Shown one piece after another: positions 15,891 through 25,100 of a stretch of DNA of 25,815 nucleotides. Numbering within the stretch: the stretch's first letter is position 1; every line of letters begins with the position of its first letter. Both the position numbers and the translations under genes were made by a program. A model generated the notes under the pieces. That model saw only the letters and a list, made by a program, of their open reading frames with translations. It was not told where the DNA came from and searched no databases. This DNA is from Deltaproteobacteria bacterium (GTDB taxonomy: Bacteria > Myxococcota > Myxococcia > SLRQ01), in the NCBI GenBank assembly GCA_007128675.1, contig SKWY01000161.1, positions 1 to 25,815 on the forward strand. Direction: 5' to 3'.

Positions 15891-15926
15891 GCTGCTAATA
15901 ATTTAGCAGCAGGCTAAAATTTTAGC
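15891..15926. promoter_or_regulatory. Tandem palindromes in an AT-rich divergent intergenic region. Candidate operator for a dimeric regulator.
   Basis: GCTGCTAA-taat-TTAGCAGC (15891-15910; 8-bp perfect arms, 4-bp spacer) is followed by GCTAAAATTTTAGC (15913-15926; perfect 14-bp palindrome). The two share a GCTAA/TTAGC core. The surrounding 450 bp is markedly AT-rich relative to the window. Confidence 0.35.
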
Positions 15927-16211
15927 AAGAGCAATCCTTGAAAAGCTCTGGCGCTTCCAGCATTCCGAAAGCTTGGCGCGACCTAGTCGGCGAGGCGCGG
16001 CGATCCCTTGGGCCCGTGTCCTCGGGCCGGCCTAGCCCCCGCCTCGCCTCGAAAAACTGAGGGCAGCCTCCAAGCGACTGACCTTCGAGTCACAGCCGCT
16101 AACAAGAGAATAAGGTTAGGAAAGAGAGCCCCTTCCTCTAAGCCCCCGTGTTTACGGGAATGAAGGCCGGCGGAGCCGGCGAAATGCCCAGGCGAACCAA
16201 CTAGGCCCGGC

Positions 16212-16227
16212 TCTTGCTTGCTTGCTT
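16212..16227. repeat. Short tetranucleotide tract, (CTTG/GCTT) ~3.5-4 copies, 43 bp upstream of the vWA gene start
   Basis: The sequence is tCTTGCTTGCTTGCTTa at 16212-16227. Confidence 0.5.
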
Positions 16228-16269
16228 ATCGAAAGACTAATTGGGGCCCACAACAGATAGGAGCAAGGA

Positions 16270-17853
16270 ATGAACGGTGTGCGAACGAATTCCAAGATCG
16301 GGCTCGTGGCCGTGATGGCCATGGCCCTTTGTATCGGCTGCTTGGTAGAAGGCGGTGGAGTAAGAAATGGGCACGACGAGACGCATCGCGAGGACTCTTC
16401 TCCTTCCTATGACACTGGCGATGGAAACGTAGGAAGCAATATCGGCTTTGGAGGGGAGCAGGATTTTGCTTATTTCAGGACGCAGCTGGACAATGGCGTG
16501 GTGCCCGACCCGGATGTGCTCCAGGCCTCCGGCTTCTTTGCCGAGCACCACACATCCTTGCCTCCGCCTGAATGCGGCCAGACTCTCTGCCTTCATCCTA
16601 TGCTAGGGGTGGCCGAGGACCCCCTCGGGGGTGAGCCTCGTACCGTCTTGCAGATCGGCCTGAACACTCCAATCGAGCTCAACCCAGACGAGCGGCCAGA
16701 TCTCGATCTCTCCTTGTCGATAGACGTCTCTGGATCGATGAGCGCCGACAACCGCATCGGATATGTGCGAAGCGGCCTGGAGCTCATGCTGGACGAACTC
16801 TTCGACGATGATCGAGTTGCGATCATCATCTACAGCTCCGATGCGAGCGTGCTGCTCCCGATGACGCGCGTCGGTGATTCTCGAGAGGAGATCCGCGAGC
16901 ACATCCAGTCCTTGCAGGCCGGGGGGATGACGGCCCTGTACGCTGGTCTAGAGCTTGCCTATCAGGAGTCCTTGGAGCATTTCGATCCCGAGCGTGAAGC
17001 GCGCGTCATAATGCTTAGCGATGGCCAGGCCAACGTCGGTCCTAGCGCGGACGATGAGATTCTCTCCATGAGCCGGGAGTACAACGACGAAGGCATCGGG
17101 CTGACGACGATCGGTCTTGGAAGCAGCTTCAATGTGGACCTGATGCGAGGGCTGGCGGAACAGGGCGAGGGCAACTTCTACTACGTCGGCTCCGCGGCGG
17201 ACGTGGAGGATGTCTTCACGGTCGAGGTGCATAGCTTCACGGTGCCCGTGGCGCGGGACGTGCTCATCGAGGTCGAGGAAGGTTTCCGTTACACCTTCCA
17301 GCAATCCTGGGGGAGCCCGCATTGGGAGGATCTGGAGGACGGCGGGACGCTCGCTCTCCCCTCGGTCTTCGCGGCGTGGCGAACTTCTCACGATGACACC
17401 ACGGACTCTGGCGGCCGGCGAGGCGGTGGTTCTGCCTTGCTGTTGGAGCTTGCGCCCCGGGACGACGTGCCGGAGGATGTATCCGAGGCCGAGGTTGCGA
17501 GGATAACCTTGTCCTACGAGGATCCCGAGCTTGGCGAATACGTGGAGGAGACGACAGAGGTCGTCTATCCCTATCACCCAACATTCCTGATGGCGGGAGG
17601 CTACTTCAGCTCCCATGGGCAGGGAGTGATCATGAAGAGCTTCGCCATGCTGCATGCCTACCTGGCCCTCAAGGAGGGATGCCGCCTCTTCCACGAAGGC
17701 GAGGCCGAGGAGGCAATCGAGCTATTGAGCGCTGTCCAGGAGCCCCTCTCCGACCTCGAGTCGCGGCTGAACGATGGAGAAGGCGACGAGGATATCGAGC
17801 GGGATATCGAGCTCATCGAGCAGCTTCGCGAGGTTATTGAAGCGCACCTATAG
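16270..17853 (+). CDS. YfbK-like von Willebrand factor A (vWA/MIDAS) domain secreted/lipoprotein
   Basis: 527 aa. An AGGAG lies 9 nt upstream of ATG 16270. It has a signal peptide with Cys residues (LCIGC). A YfbK-type N-domain follows (DFAYFRTQLDNGVVPDPDVL). The vWA domain has the MIDAS motif DVSGSMS and LSDGQANVG, and then an acidic helical C-terminus. Confidence 0.85.
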   Translation: MNGVRTNSKIGLVAVMAMALCIGCLVEGGGVRNGHDETHREDSSPSYDTGDGNVGSNIGFGGEQDFAYFRTQLDNGVVPDPDVLQASGFFAEHHTSLPPPECGQTLCLHPMLGVAEDPLGGEPRTVLQIGLNTPIELNPDERPDLDLSLSIDVSGSMSADNRIGYVRSGLELMLDELFDDDRVAIIIYSSDASVLLPMTRVGDSREEIREHIQSLQAGGMTALYAGLELAYQESLEHFDPEREARVIMLSDGQANVGPSADDEILSMSREYNDEGIGLTTIGLGSSFNVDLMRGLAEQGEGNFYYVGSAADVEDVFTVEVHSFTVPVARDVLIEVEEGFRYTFQQSWGSPHWEDLEDGGTLALPSVFAAWRTSHDDTTDSGGRRGGGSALLLELAPRDDVPEDVSEAEVARITLSYEDPELGEYVEETTEVVYPYHPTFLMAGGYFSSHGQGVIMKSFAMLHAYLALKEGCRLFHEGEAEEAIELLSAVQEPLSDLESRLNDGEGDEDIERDIELIEQLREVIEAHL

Positions 17854-17880
17854 TATCGAGTCGATGGAAGCCAGGGGGGG

Positions 17881-17923
17881 GCCTCGCGGACCATGTAGCG
17901 TCCGCGAGGCTTTCTTCGTCTTG
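17881..17923 (+). terminator. Rho-independent terminator downstream of the vWA gene
   Basis: Perfect 11-bp stem GCCTCGCGGAC / GTCCGCGAGGC with an 8-nt loop, followed by TTTCTTCGTCTTG. It lies 28 nt after the stop codon. Confidence 0.7.
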
Positions 17924-18235
17924 CAAACGAACTCTCTTCAGGCTCGTGTTTCCTCCGGCGCCGATAGCGCGTATTGTCTCGCGCGTGGAGAGGACTGGCT
18001 CCAGCGAGGGAAGGATGCCGTTGATGGCGGCATCGAGTGCTTTCGGGCTGCTGCTTCCAGCTCATGCATGCCGGCCCTTTCTGCCCGGCGAAAGCGAGCC
18101 GTGGTCGCGCGGGCTCTCGATGATTCGCCATTCAAGAGGCAGGGCGCCGGTTACAGGTCCATCAATCGGCGCGAGGGCGGCGAGGGAAGAACGACGCCAT
18201 AAAGCGGGCCATCCTGCCCCGGCGGGTGAGAGGCA

Positions 18236-21200
18236 ATGATCGAGCTCATCTACTCGAATAGAACCGAGCGTCTTCTCGAGGCTCTAGTCGTACGTCTAGA
18301 GGAGCAAAGAGCCGGCGGCGGCCACCCGCTGGATCCCGTCGAGATCGTCGTGCCGAACCGAAACATGGAGACATGGGTGTCCCTGGGACTGGCACGCCAC
18401 ACTGGAGTAGCGGCGAACCTTCGCTGTCGGAGGCTAGAGCACTTCTTCGGCGATCTCGTGCTCGAGGCCTTCGAGGGCCGGCGGCGCCTTGTCGATCTCG
18501 ATACCATCGAGTCCGCCATACTCTCCATCTTGCTGGATAGAGAGCAGCTGGAAGAGCCGGACTTGGAGCCGGTGCGAAGCTACTTGCAGGCCGCGGGCAT
18601 CGAGCCTTCCGGCTGTAGCTTCTCATTCGACGCTCATCTTTCCTCCGACGGGGTAGACCTTCGGCGGGTGCAGCTCGCATCTCGTTTGGCCTATCTTTTT
18701 CAGGAGTACTCTTACGGGCGCCCGGAGATGATTGCCTCTTGGCGCGAGCCCTCGAGAGGCGAAGCCCGGGGTCGGCCACTGACCGATCCCGCCGCCATCG
18801 ATCCCGTCACCAGCCCAACCCTGGCTTGGCAGCGCGTGCTCTGGCGCGCTGTCTTCGGAAGAGATGGAGTGCTCGAGAGAAGTCCGCCCACGCCGCAAGG
18901 CTCCTGGACGACCCTCGATCTACTGGCGACGGATGATGATGTATTCGAGAGGCTTGCGAAGAGCGCCTTGCCGCCGGTGCACATCTTCGGAGTGTCCTAT
19001 GTGGCCAGGCTCTTTCAGCTCTTGTTCGCTCGGCTCTGCCGGGTTCGTACCCTCCGGGTCTACTCGCTGAATCCTTGTGCCGAGTACTGGGAGGATGTGG
19101 AGACCCATAGGGAGCTACTGGGGCGCCTGAAAAGAGAGGGCAGCCGGCATGACCGGCCTTCTCGCTTCGGGGCGGTGGAACAAGATGCGGCGAGTGCCGG
19201 CGATGAGGATCCGTTCGGTCTATCCCAGGAAGACACGCCCGCCCTTCGGTACTGGGGAAGGCCTGGACGTGAGCACGTGAGGCTGCTCGGGGAGCTGACC
19301 GGGTGTGATTTTCAAGGCGCATTCGAGGATCCTCTCACGGGCCGCGAGAGGAGCGGCCTGCTCCATTTCCTGCAAAAGGACATTCTCTTTCGCGAGCCGC
19401 CACGCTCACCAAAGCCCGAGCAGGCGGAGGAATCGGCAAGCGACCAGACGCTTCGCTTCGTTGCCGCGCCCTCGATCCGCCGCGAGGTCGAGTGGGTTGC
19501 CGACGAGATCTGGCGCCTCATGCGCGAGGACGAGCAAGGCGACGGGGGACCGTCTCTTCGTTTCAGCGACGTGGCGGTGATAGTAAATAGCGAAGGCCGC
19601 GACGCCTATCTTCCGCAGATCGAATCGGTCTTCGCCGCCTGCAACGAGATCCCTCGCAGCGTCTCCGATCTTCCTGGTGCGTCCGGCAGCCGCCTCATCG
19701 AGGCGATGAGTCTCCTTCTCGAGCTTCCCTTCGGTCGTCTTTCCCGTGCCGAGGTGTTGTCCTTCATGAGTCATCCGGCCGTCATAGGCCATTTCGATGG
19801 GGCGAGCCCGGAGGAGCTGGCGAGGCAGGCGGAGGCTCTGGGGATCATATTCGGCGCCGACCTCTCCGATCACGAGGGGACCTATGTGGACGAGGATGTC
19901 CTAAGCTGGGATCAGGGCATCCGGAGGCTGGCCCTTGGCGCCTTCATGACCGGTGAGAAGAGCGGCGATGAGCGAGTGTTCGAGTCACCCGCGGGTAGAT
20001 GGCTCGTGGAGGAAAACAACGCCTCCAGCTTTGATGCTCCTCGATTTGGGCTCCTTGCGCGATCCTTGATCTCCGACGCCCGCTTCGTGCGCGAGAGAAA
20101 GATGACGCTTACGGACTGGGGCCGGTTCTACTCCACACAGCTCGATGCTTACCTTGCGGTGGAGCAGGGCGCCGACTCCGGGGATCGGCTGCGCTGCCTC
20201 CGCGCGCTCGGCAGGTTGGAGGCGATGGATCAGGGCTGCAAGGTCAGCGGCCGGATCGCCTCCAAGCTTGCCGGCCGTGCCATCGAGTCCCTCGGCGGAG
20301 GCCGAGGCCAGTACTTGGCCGAAGGGGTGGTCGTCTCCTCCTTCCTTCCCATGCGAGCCATCCCCTTCAAGGTCATCTTCGTCCTGGGCCTTGGAGAAGG
20401 TCTCTTTCCGGCATCGGGGCGTCATGACGCCCTGGACCTTCGCGCGGGCAGGCGCCGGGCGGGCGACGTCGATCCCTCGGAGCGCGACCGCTACATGTTC
20501 TTGGAGACCCTTCTTTGCGCAAGAGAGAAGCTCTATCTCTCCTATGTCAGAAGGGACGAGCAGACAGGCGATCCCCTTCAGCCCTCCGCCGTGGTCCAGG
20601 AGCTGGCCCATATCCTGGAGACCGGTTATCTCGACAAGGAAGGAATCGAGAGGCTGCGGGTCGAACCTCCGTTGTGGCGTTTCGACGAGACCTTCGCATC
20701 GAGCAGATCCTTTTTGGACGAGGCAAGGATCGAGGCGAGAGTCCAAGATGCGGCCGATAGCTGGCGCGATCATATGCAAAGGTCTATTGGCCGGATGCTC
20801 GCCGACTACTCCTTGTCCCATGTGGAGGAGCTTCGAGGGGATCTCGAGGGGATGAGGCGTGTTGTCTCCGAGGACAGCTGGACCAGGCTTTCGAGTTTGC
20901 TGGCGCTTCCAGGAGAGCCGCCTCCCGTCTCGGCGGTGACCGTTACCCCTGTGCGCCATGGCCCCGGCGACGAAGAAAGGATCGAGGAGTCAATCTCCAT
21001 CTCGCTCTCCAATCTGCGCCGTTTTCTCGCCTGCCCCATGCAGGGCTGGGCATCGACCATGCTCGGCCTCCACGAAGAGGAGGAGGATCTCCTCGATCGA
21101 GAGGAGGAAGACTTCGAGATTGGCATGCTCATGGAGACGAGCATTCTTCGAGAGTCCTTCCTCGATGCCGCCGAGAAGGGGTTGTCCGCCTCGAGCGTCC

Positions 21201-22141
21201 ATCAGAGAAAGGCCGCTCGGCTTAGGCTTTCGGGCGCCATGCCGGTCGGCGTATTGGGCCGCGCCATCCTTGCCCGGCACGAGGGAGTCCTAGAGGGCTG
21301 GCAAACTGCTCTTTTGGCCTACCTCGATCATCACGGCTCCAGCTCTGCGCGTCAGCCGGCGGAAAGCGCCTTTTCGGATCAGGCCTCCATCCCGCTCCAC
21401 AGAGTGCGCCTAGGAAGAGCGAGCCGGGATTGCGCGAGCGAGACAGTGATGGATCCCCTCGTCTTGGACGTCACTCTCGACGACTCGCAACACGCACCTA
21501 GAAAGGTACCGGTGCGAATCAGCGGTCGCACGGAAGGGCTCACCGCTGATCGGGGAGCCTCTATCGTTCTCAAGCCGAGGAGGCCCCCATCGAGGGTAGA
21601 CGATGCCTTTCGAGGGCGCTTTTTTCGCGACCTCTTGGGAGGCATCGTGGATCACGCGGTGCTCTCGGCAATGGGAGCGGCAGGAGAGCTGGAGAGGCGC
21701 GTCGCGCTCTGCCTTTCGGGAGGGCGGGAGGACTCGGCCGTATTCGCTCTTCGGCTTCGTCCTTTGTCCCAGAAGAGAGCCCTGGCTTGGCTTTCGGAGA
21801 CGATCGCCGATCTGCTCGGCGGCTCGCACGGGTATCTTCTGCCCTGCGAAGCTGTCTTCCTCGATTATGTCGATAGGACGAGCCGGGGAAGAAAGCCGAG
21901 CCGAAAAGAGGATGTGAAGACCAGGAAAGAAAGCGATCCCCGCCGTCCCGATGGTGACAGGATATCGGCCCACATCCTGAAGATGTCGAAAAGCGACCGC
22001 TCAAGCTTCTCGAGCCTGTGGGGCCCCGTGCCCTCGCCCCGTTCGTATGAGCCGCCGCCTTCCGTGGAGTGCGCCCGCATCGTCGAAAGACGCTTCGGTC
22101 CCCTATTCGACGACATCCTCGATCTCGAGGGCTTCCGATGA
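18236..22141 (+). CDS. recC: RecC-like subunit of a RecBCD-type helicase-nuclease
   Basis: 1301 aa. The N-terminus follows the RecC pattern MIELIYSNRTERLLEALVVRL...VEIVVPNRNMETWVSLGLARHTGVAANL (compare the E. coli RecC N-terminus). It is very long and helical and lacks a Walker A, as expected for RecC. Its TGA overlaps the recB ATG (ATGA at 22138-22141). Confidence 0.8.
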   Translation: MIELIYSNRTERLLEALVVRLEEQRAGGGHPLDPVEIVVPNRNMETWVSLGLARHTGVAANLRCRRLEHFFGDLVLEAFEGRRRLVDLDTIESAILSILLDREQLEEPDLEPVRSYLQAAGIEPSGCSFSFDAHLSSDGVDLRRVQLASRLAYLFQEYSYGRPEMIASWREPSRGEARGRPLTDPAAIDPVTSPTLAWQRVLWRAVFGRDGVLERSPPTPQGSWTTLDLLATDDDVFERLAKSALPPVHIFGVSYVARLFQLLFARLCRVRTLRVYSLNPCAEYWEDVETHRELLGRLKREGSRHDRPSRFGAVEQDAASAGDEDPFGLSQEDTPALRYWGRPGREHVRLLGELTGCDFQGAFEDPLTGRERSGLLHFLQKDILFREPPRSPKPEQAEESASDQTLRFVAAPSIRREVEWVADEIWRLMREDEQGDGGPSLRFSDVAVIVNSEGRDAYLPQIESVFAACNEIPRSVSDLPGASGSRLIEAMSLLLELPFGRLSRAEVLSFMSHPAVIGHFDGASPEELARQAEALGIIFGADLSDHEGTYVDEDVLSWDQGIRRLALGAFMTGEKSGDERVFESPAGRWLVEENNASSFDAPRFGLLARSLISDARFVRERKMTLTDWGRFYSTQLDAYLAVEQGADSGDRLRCLRALGRLEAMDQGCKVSGRIASKLAGRAIESLGGGRGQYLAEGVVVSSFLPMRAIPFKVIFVLGLGEGLFPASGRHDALDLRAGRRRAGDVDPSERDRYMFLETLLCAREKLYLSYVRRDEQTGDPLQPSAVVQELAHILETGYLDKEGIERLRVEPPLWRFDETFASSRSFLDEARIEARVQDAADSWRDHMQRSIGRMLADYSLSHVEELRGDLEGMRRVVSEDSWTRLSSLLALPGEPPPVSAVTVTPVRHGPGDEERIEESISISLSNLRRFLACPMQGWASTMLGLHEEEEDLLDREEEDFEIGMLMETSILRESFLDAAEKGLSASSVHQRKAARLRLSGAMPVGVLGRAILARHEGVLEGWQTALLAYLDHHGSSSARQPAESAFSDQASIPLHRVRLGRASRDCASETVMDPLVLDVTLDDSQHAPRKVPVRISGRTEGLTADRGASIVLKPRRPPSRVDDAFRGRFFRDLLGGIVDHAVLSAMGAAGELERRVALCLSGGREDSAVFALRLRPLSQKRALAWLSETIADLLGGSHGYLLPCEAVFLDYVDRTSRGRKPSRKEDVKTRKESDPRRPDGDRISAHILKMSKSDRSSFSSLWGPVPSPRSYEPPPSVECARIVERRFGPLFDDILDLEGFR

Positions 22142-25100
22142 CGATCACGTACTACGAGAGGCCAAGGATTCTGCAACATCCCGGGCTCGAGCAAGGGCAT
22201 GCGGTGATCGAGGCTTCCGCCGGCACGGGGAAGACCTTCACGCTGGAGCATCTGGTGCTCGACCTAATCATAACCGGCAAGGCCAAGGTCGAGGAGATCC
22301 TCGTTGTGACGTTCACCGACGCCGCGACAAGAGAACTTCGCGAGCGAGTCCGTGAGCTGATCCGATCCGTTTGCGACGAAGGAGAAGGGACGCCGCCGCT
22401 GGACCTTCGCTCGTGTTGGAGGGTGGACGAGGCGGCGAGGGTGCGTCTTCGAGAGGCCCTCTTTCGCTTCGATGGAGCTTCGATCTCGACGATTCATGCT
22501 TTCTGCCAGCGCATCCTCGCAGAGCAGGCGTTTCTTGGAGGGAGACTCTTCGAGCAGGAGCAGGTAGACGGCAGGGAAATGTTCGGCCTGGTCTTCCGGG
22601 AGGAGGTGCGAAGGACGCTTGCCGAGGATGGGCTCGTCGGTGAGGCGCTTCGGCGCTGGATCGAGGTGGGAGAGACCATCGACAAGCTCGAGGCTCTCCT
22701 GCACACATGCCACCGGGAAGGCTATCCGGATAGATGCGCCATCACGCCAATCTGGGATCCCGACGGGCTGTTCAGCGCAAGAGACGATCTCCCGCCGCTC
22801 TCGGACTTGAAGGCCGAGGGGGCCTTGCTATTCAAGAACGCCAGGACACGCGGCACATTCGATGACCACCTCGACCTGCTGGTTACGGCGCTCGCCGAGC
22901 TAAGGGACGAGAAGAGCATCCACGCGGCCACGTTAGCCTTCGGCGCGTGGGCGAGTCGAAAGAGGAGCCTCGCCGGCAAGACGGATAGCCAGATCGAAAA
23001 CCTGCGCAGGGCGGCGAGCATGACCGAGGACGGCAGCGCGCTGAAGAAGCTCTCGGGAGTGCTGGATAGACTCGAGAGGCGGGCAGCTCCACCAGAGGTG
23101 TTCTTTGCTCAAGAGCTTCTTCCCAGGGTTCAGGCAAGGCTTGCGCTGAAGAAGAGGGCGCTCGGCCTCATTGACTACGACGACATGCTCCTGGGCGTGC
23201 GGGGGGCGCTCCTTGGCCCGGGGGCAAGATCTCTTCTCCATGCCTTGAGGGAACGCTGGCGCTTTGCTCTGGTCGACGAGTTTCAGGATACCGATTCGGT
23301 GCAGTGGGAGATCTTCCGCCGGATCTTCGTGGATGGAACGAGCCGGCACCGGCTCATGGTGATAGGCGATCCCAAGCAGGCCATCTATGGCTTTCGCGGA
23401 GCGGACGTACACACGTTCGCGCAAGCGAAGAGACACCTCCTCGAGAAGTGCGGCGCCCGGAAGGTGGTGCTGGCCGAGAGCTATAGATCCACGGAGCCCA
23501 TGATAGGCTCCGTCAATGAGCTGCTCACCTTCCAGGATGAGCGGGGCTCTCGCTTCTTCGACGGTCTGAACAGCTACGATCATCCCGTCGTATGCGGCGA
23601 CCCGTCCCGCGCCGCAAGCGAGATGGGAGAGCCGGCGGCCCCCGTCCATCTTCTCCACCTTCATGGCGCCGAGGCGAAGCTCTCCTCGACCTCGATTAGA
23701 GACGGCCTCGCCTCATTCATCGCCGAGGAGATCGGGCGGCTCACAACCGGCAAGAGCAAGCTCGTCACTGCCGGCAAGGGCAAGGAGGCAGCCCCTATCA
23801 GGCTCTCGGATATCCATATCCTCACGCGCATGGGGTGGGAGGGCCAGCTCGTCGGCCGGGAGTTGCGTCGCCACGGCATCCCGCACGCCTTCTACAAGCT
23901 AGACGGTCTGTTTCAAACCGACGAGGCCAAAGACGTCCACTGCTTGCTGTGCGCCATCGATTCCCCGTCGAAGAGGGCGACGCGTATGTCGGCCTGGCTG
24001 ACGCCCTTTTTCGGGGTCTCTCTCTCCGAGCTTCCGGAATGGAGCGCCGCGGGCGAGAATCACCGCCTCGTCGCACTGCTCTTCGAGTGGAAGAGGCTCG
24101 CCGACGCCCATGAATGGGCCAGCTTCTTCGATGAGATAGTTTCCCAATCGGGCATTGTCAGGCGCCTTGTCTTCACGCGAAACGAGAGAGCCCTGACCAA
24201 CTACCTCCATCTATTCGAGCTGCTCCTAGCCGAGGCCCACGCAAGGCCACTGACCCTCGGCGAGCTTGCCCGCGGCTTGAAGGCCCGAATCGATGGCAAG
24301 ACGGCCGGTGGGGGCCGTGAGGAAGGCGTTCAGAGGCTCGAGACAGACAAGGAAGCCGTCCAGATCCTGACGGTGCACAAGGCGAAGGGGCTGGAGGCCG
24401 AGGTGGTCTTCATCGCGGGTGGGTTTGGTGATCCGAGGCAAGGAAGCACGAGCGTCTATCATCATGAAGGCAAGCGATGTCTGCACGTGGGACAGGCCAG
24501 CGGCGAGATAGCTGGTCTCGTCGCCAGGGAGAACCTGGAGGAGACGCAGCGGCTGATGTACGTGGCGCTGACGAGAGCCAGATCCAGGCTCTATGTTCCC
24601 TACCTCGGACCCGCGCCAGAGCGCGCGGAAGACGAGAGCGTCTACGGTTATCCGCGGCTGGGCTCCTTCTTCAAGCCCCTTCAAAAACGGCTGGATCGAA
24701 TGCGCGAGGAGGGAAGGCTGGATTATTCGAGGGGCTTCGTTTTTCGAGACGTATGCTGTGGCAAGAGACCTCGGCGCGAGGGGCGGCCGGATCTCGATCT
24801 TTCGGGCTGGCCCGAGGAAGGTCTTCTGGATTTGCCTCCATCCAGTGCCGGCGAGGCAAGGGAGATCGAGCCGAAGCATCGCGGGGTGCTGCTTACCAGC
24901 TATACGAGAATGAGCCGGAAGGATAGCTGGCAGGTGCCGGCCGACGATGGGGACGATGGCGCGGCGAGAAGAGATGCGGAGGTGGCGGCGGAGGTGGTGC
25001 CTGACGAGTCTTTCATCGACGCTGTGGAGCCCGCCTTCACCGGAAGCCTTGTAGAGGGGTCGAATGGAGGGCGCGCCGATGAGGCTCGGGCAAAGGAGCC

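Noticed and set aside
15819-16269. Possible tRNA or other structured RNA gene in the long AT-rich intergenic region
   Set aside because: No T-loop (GTTCRANYC) or acceptor-stem pairing is visible, and no cloverleaf could be folded by eye. I kept it only as a possible sRNA or promoter region in the findings.
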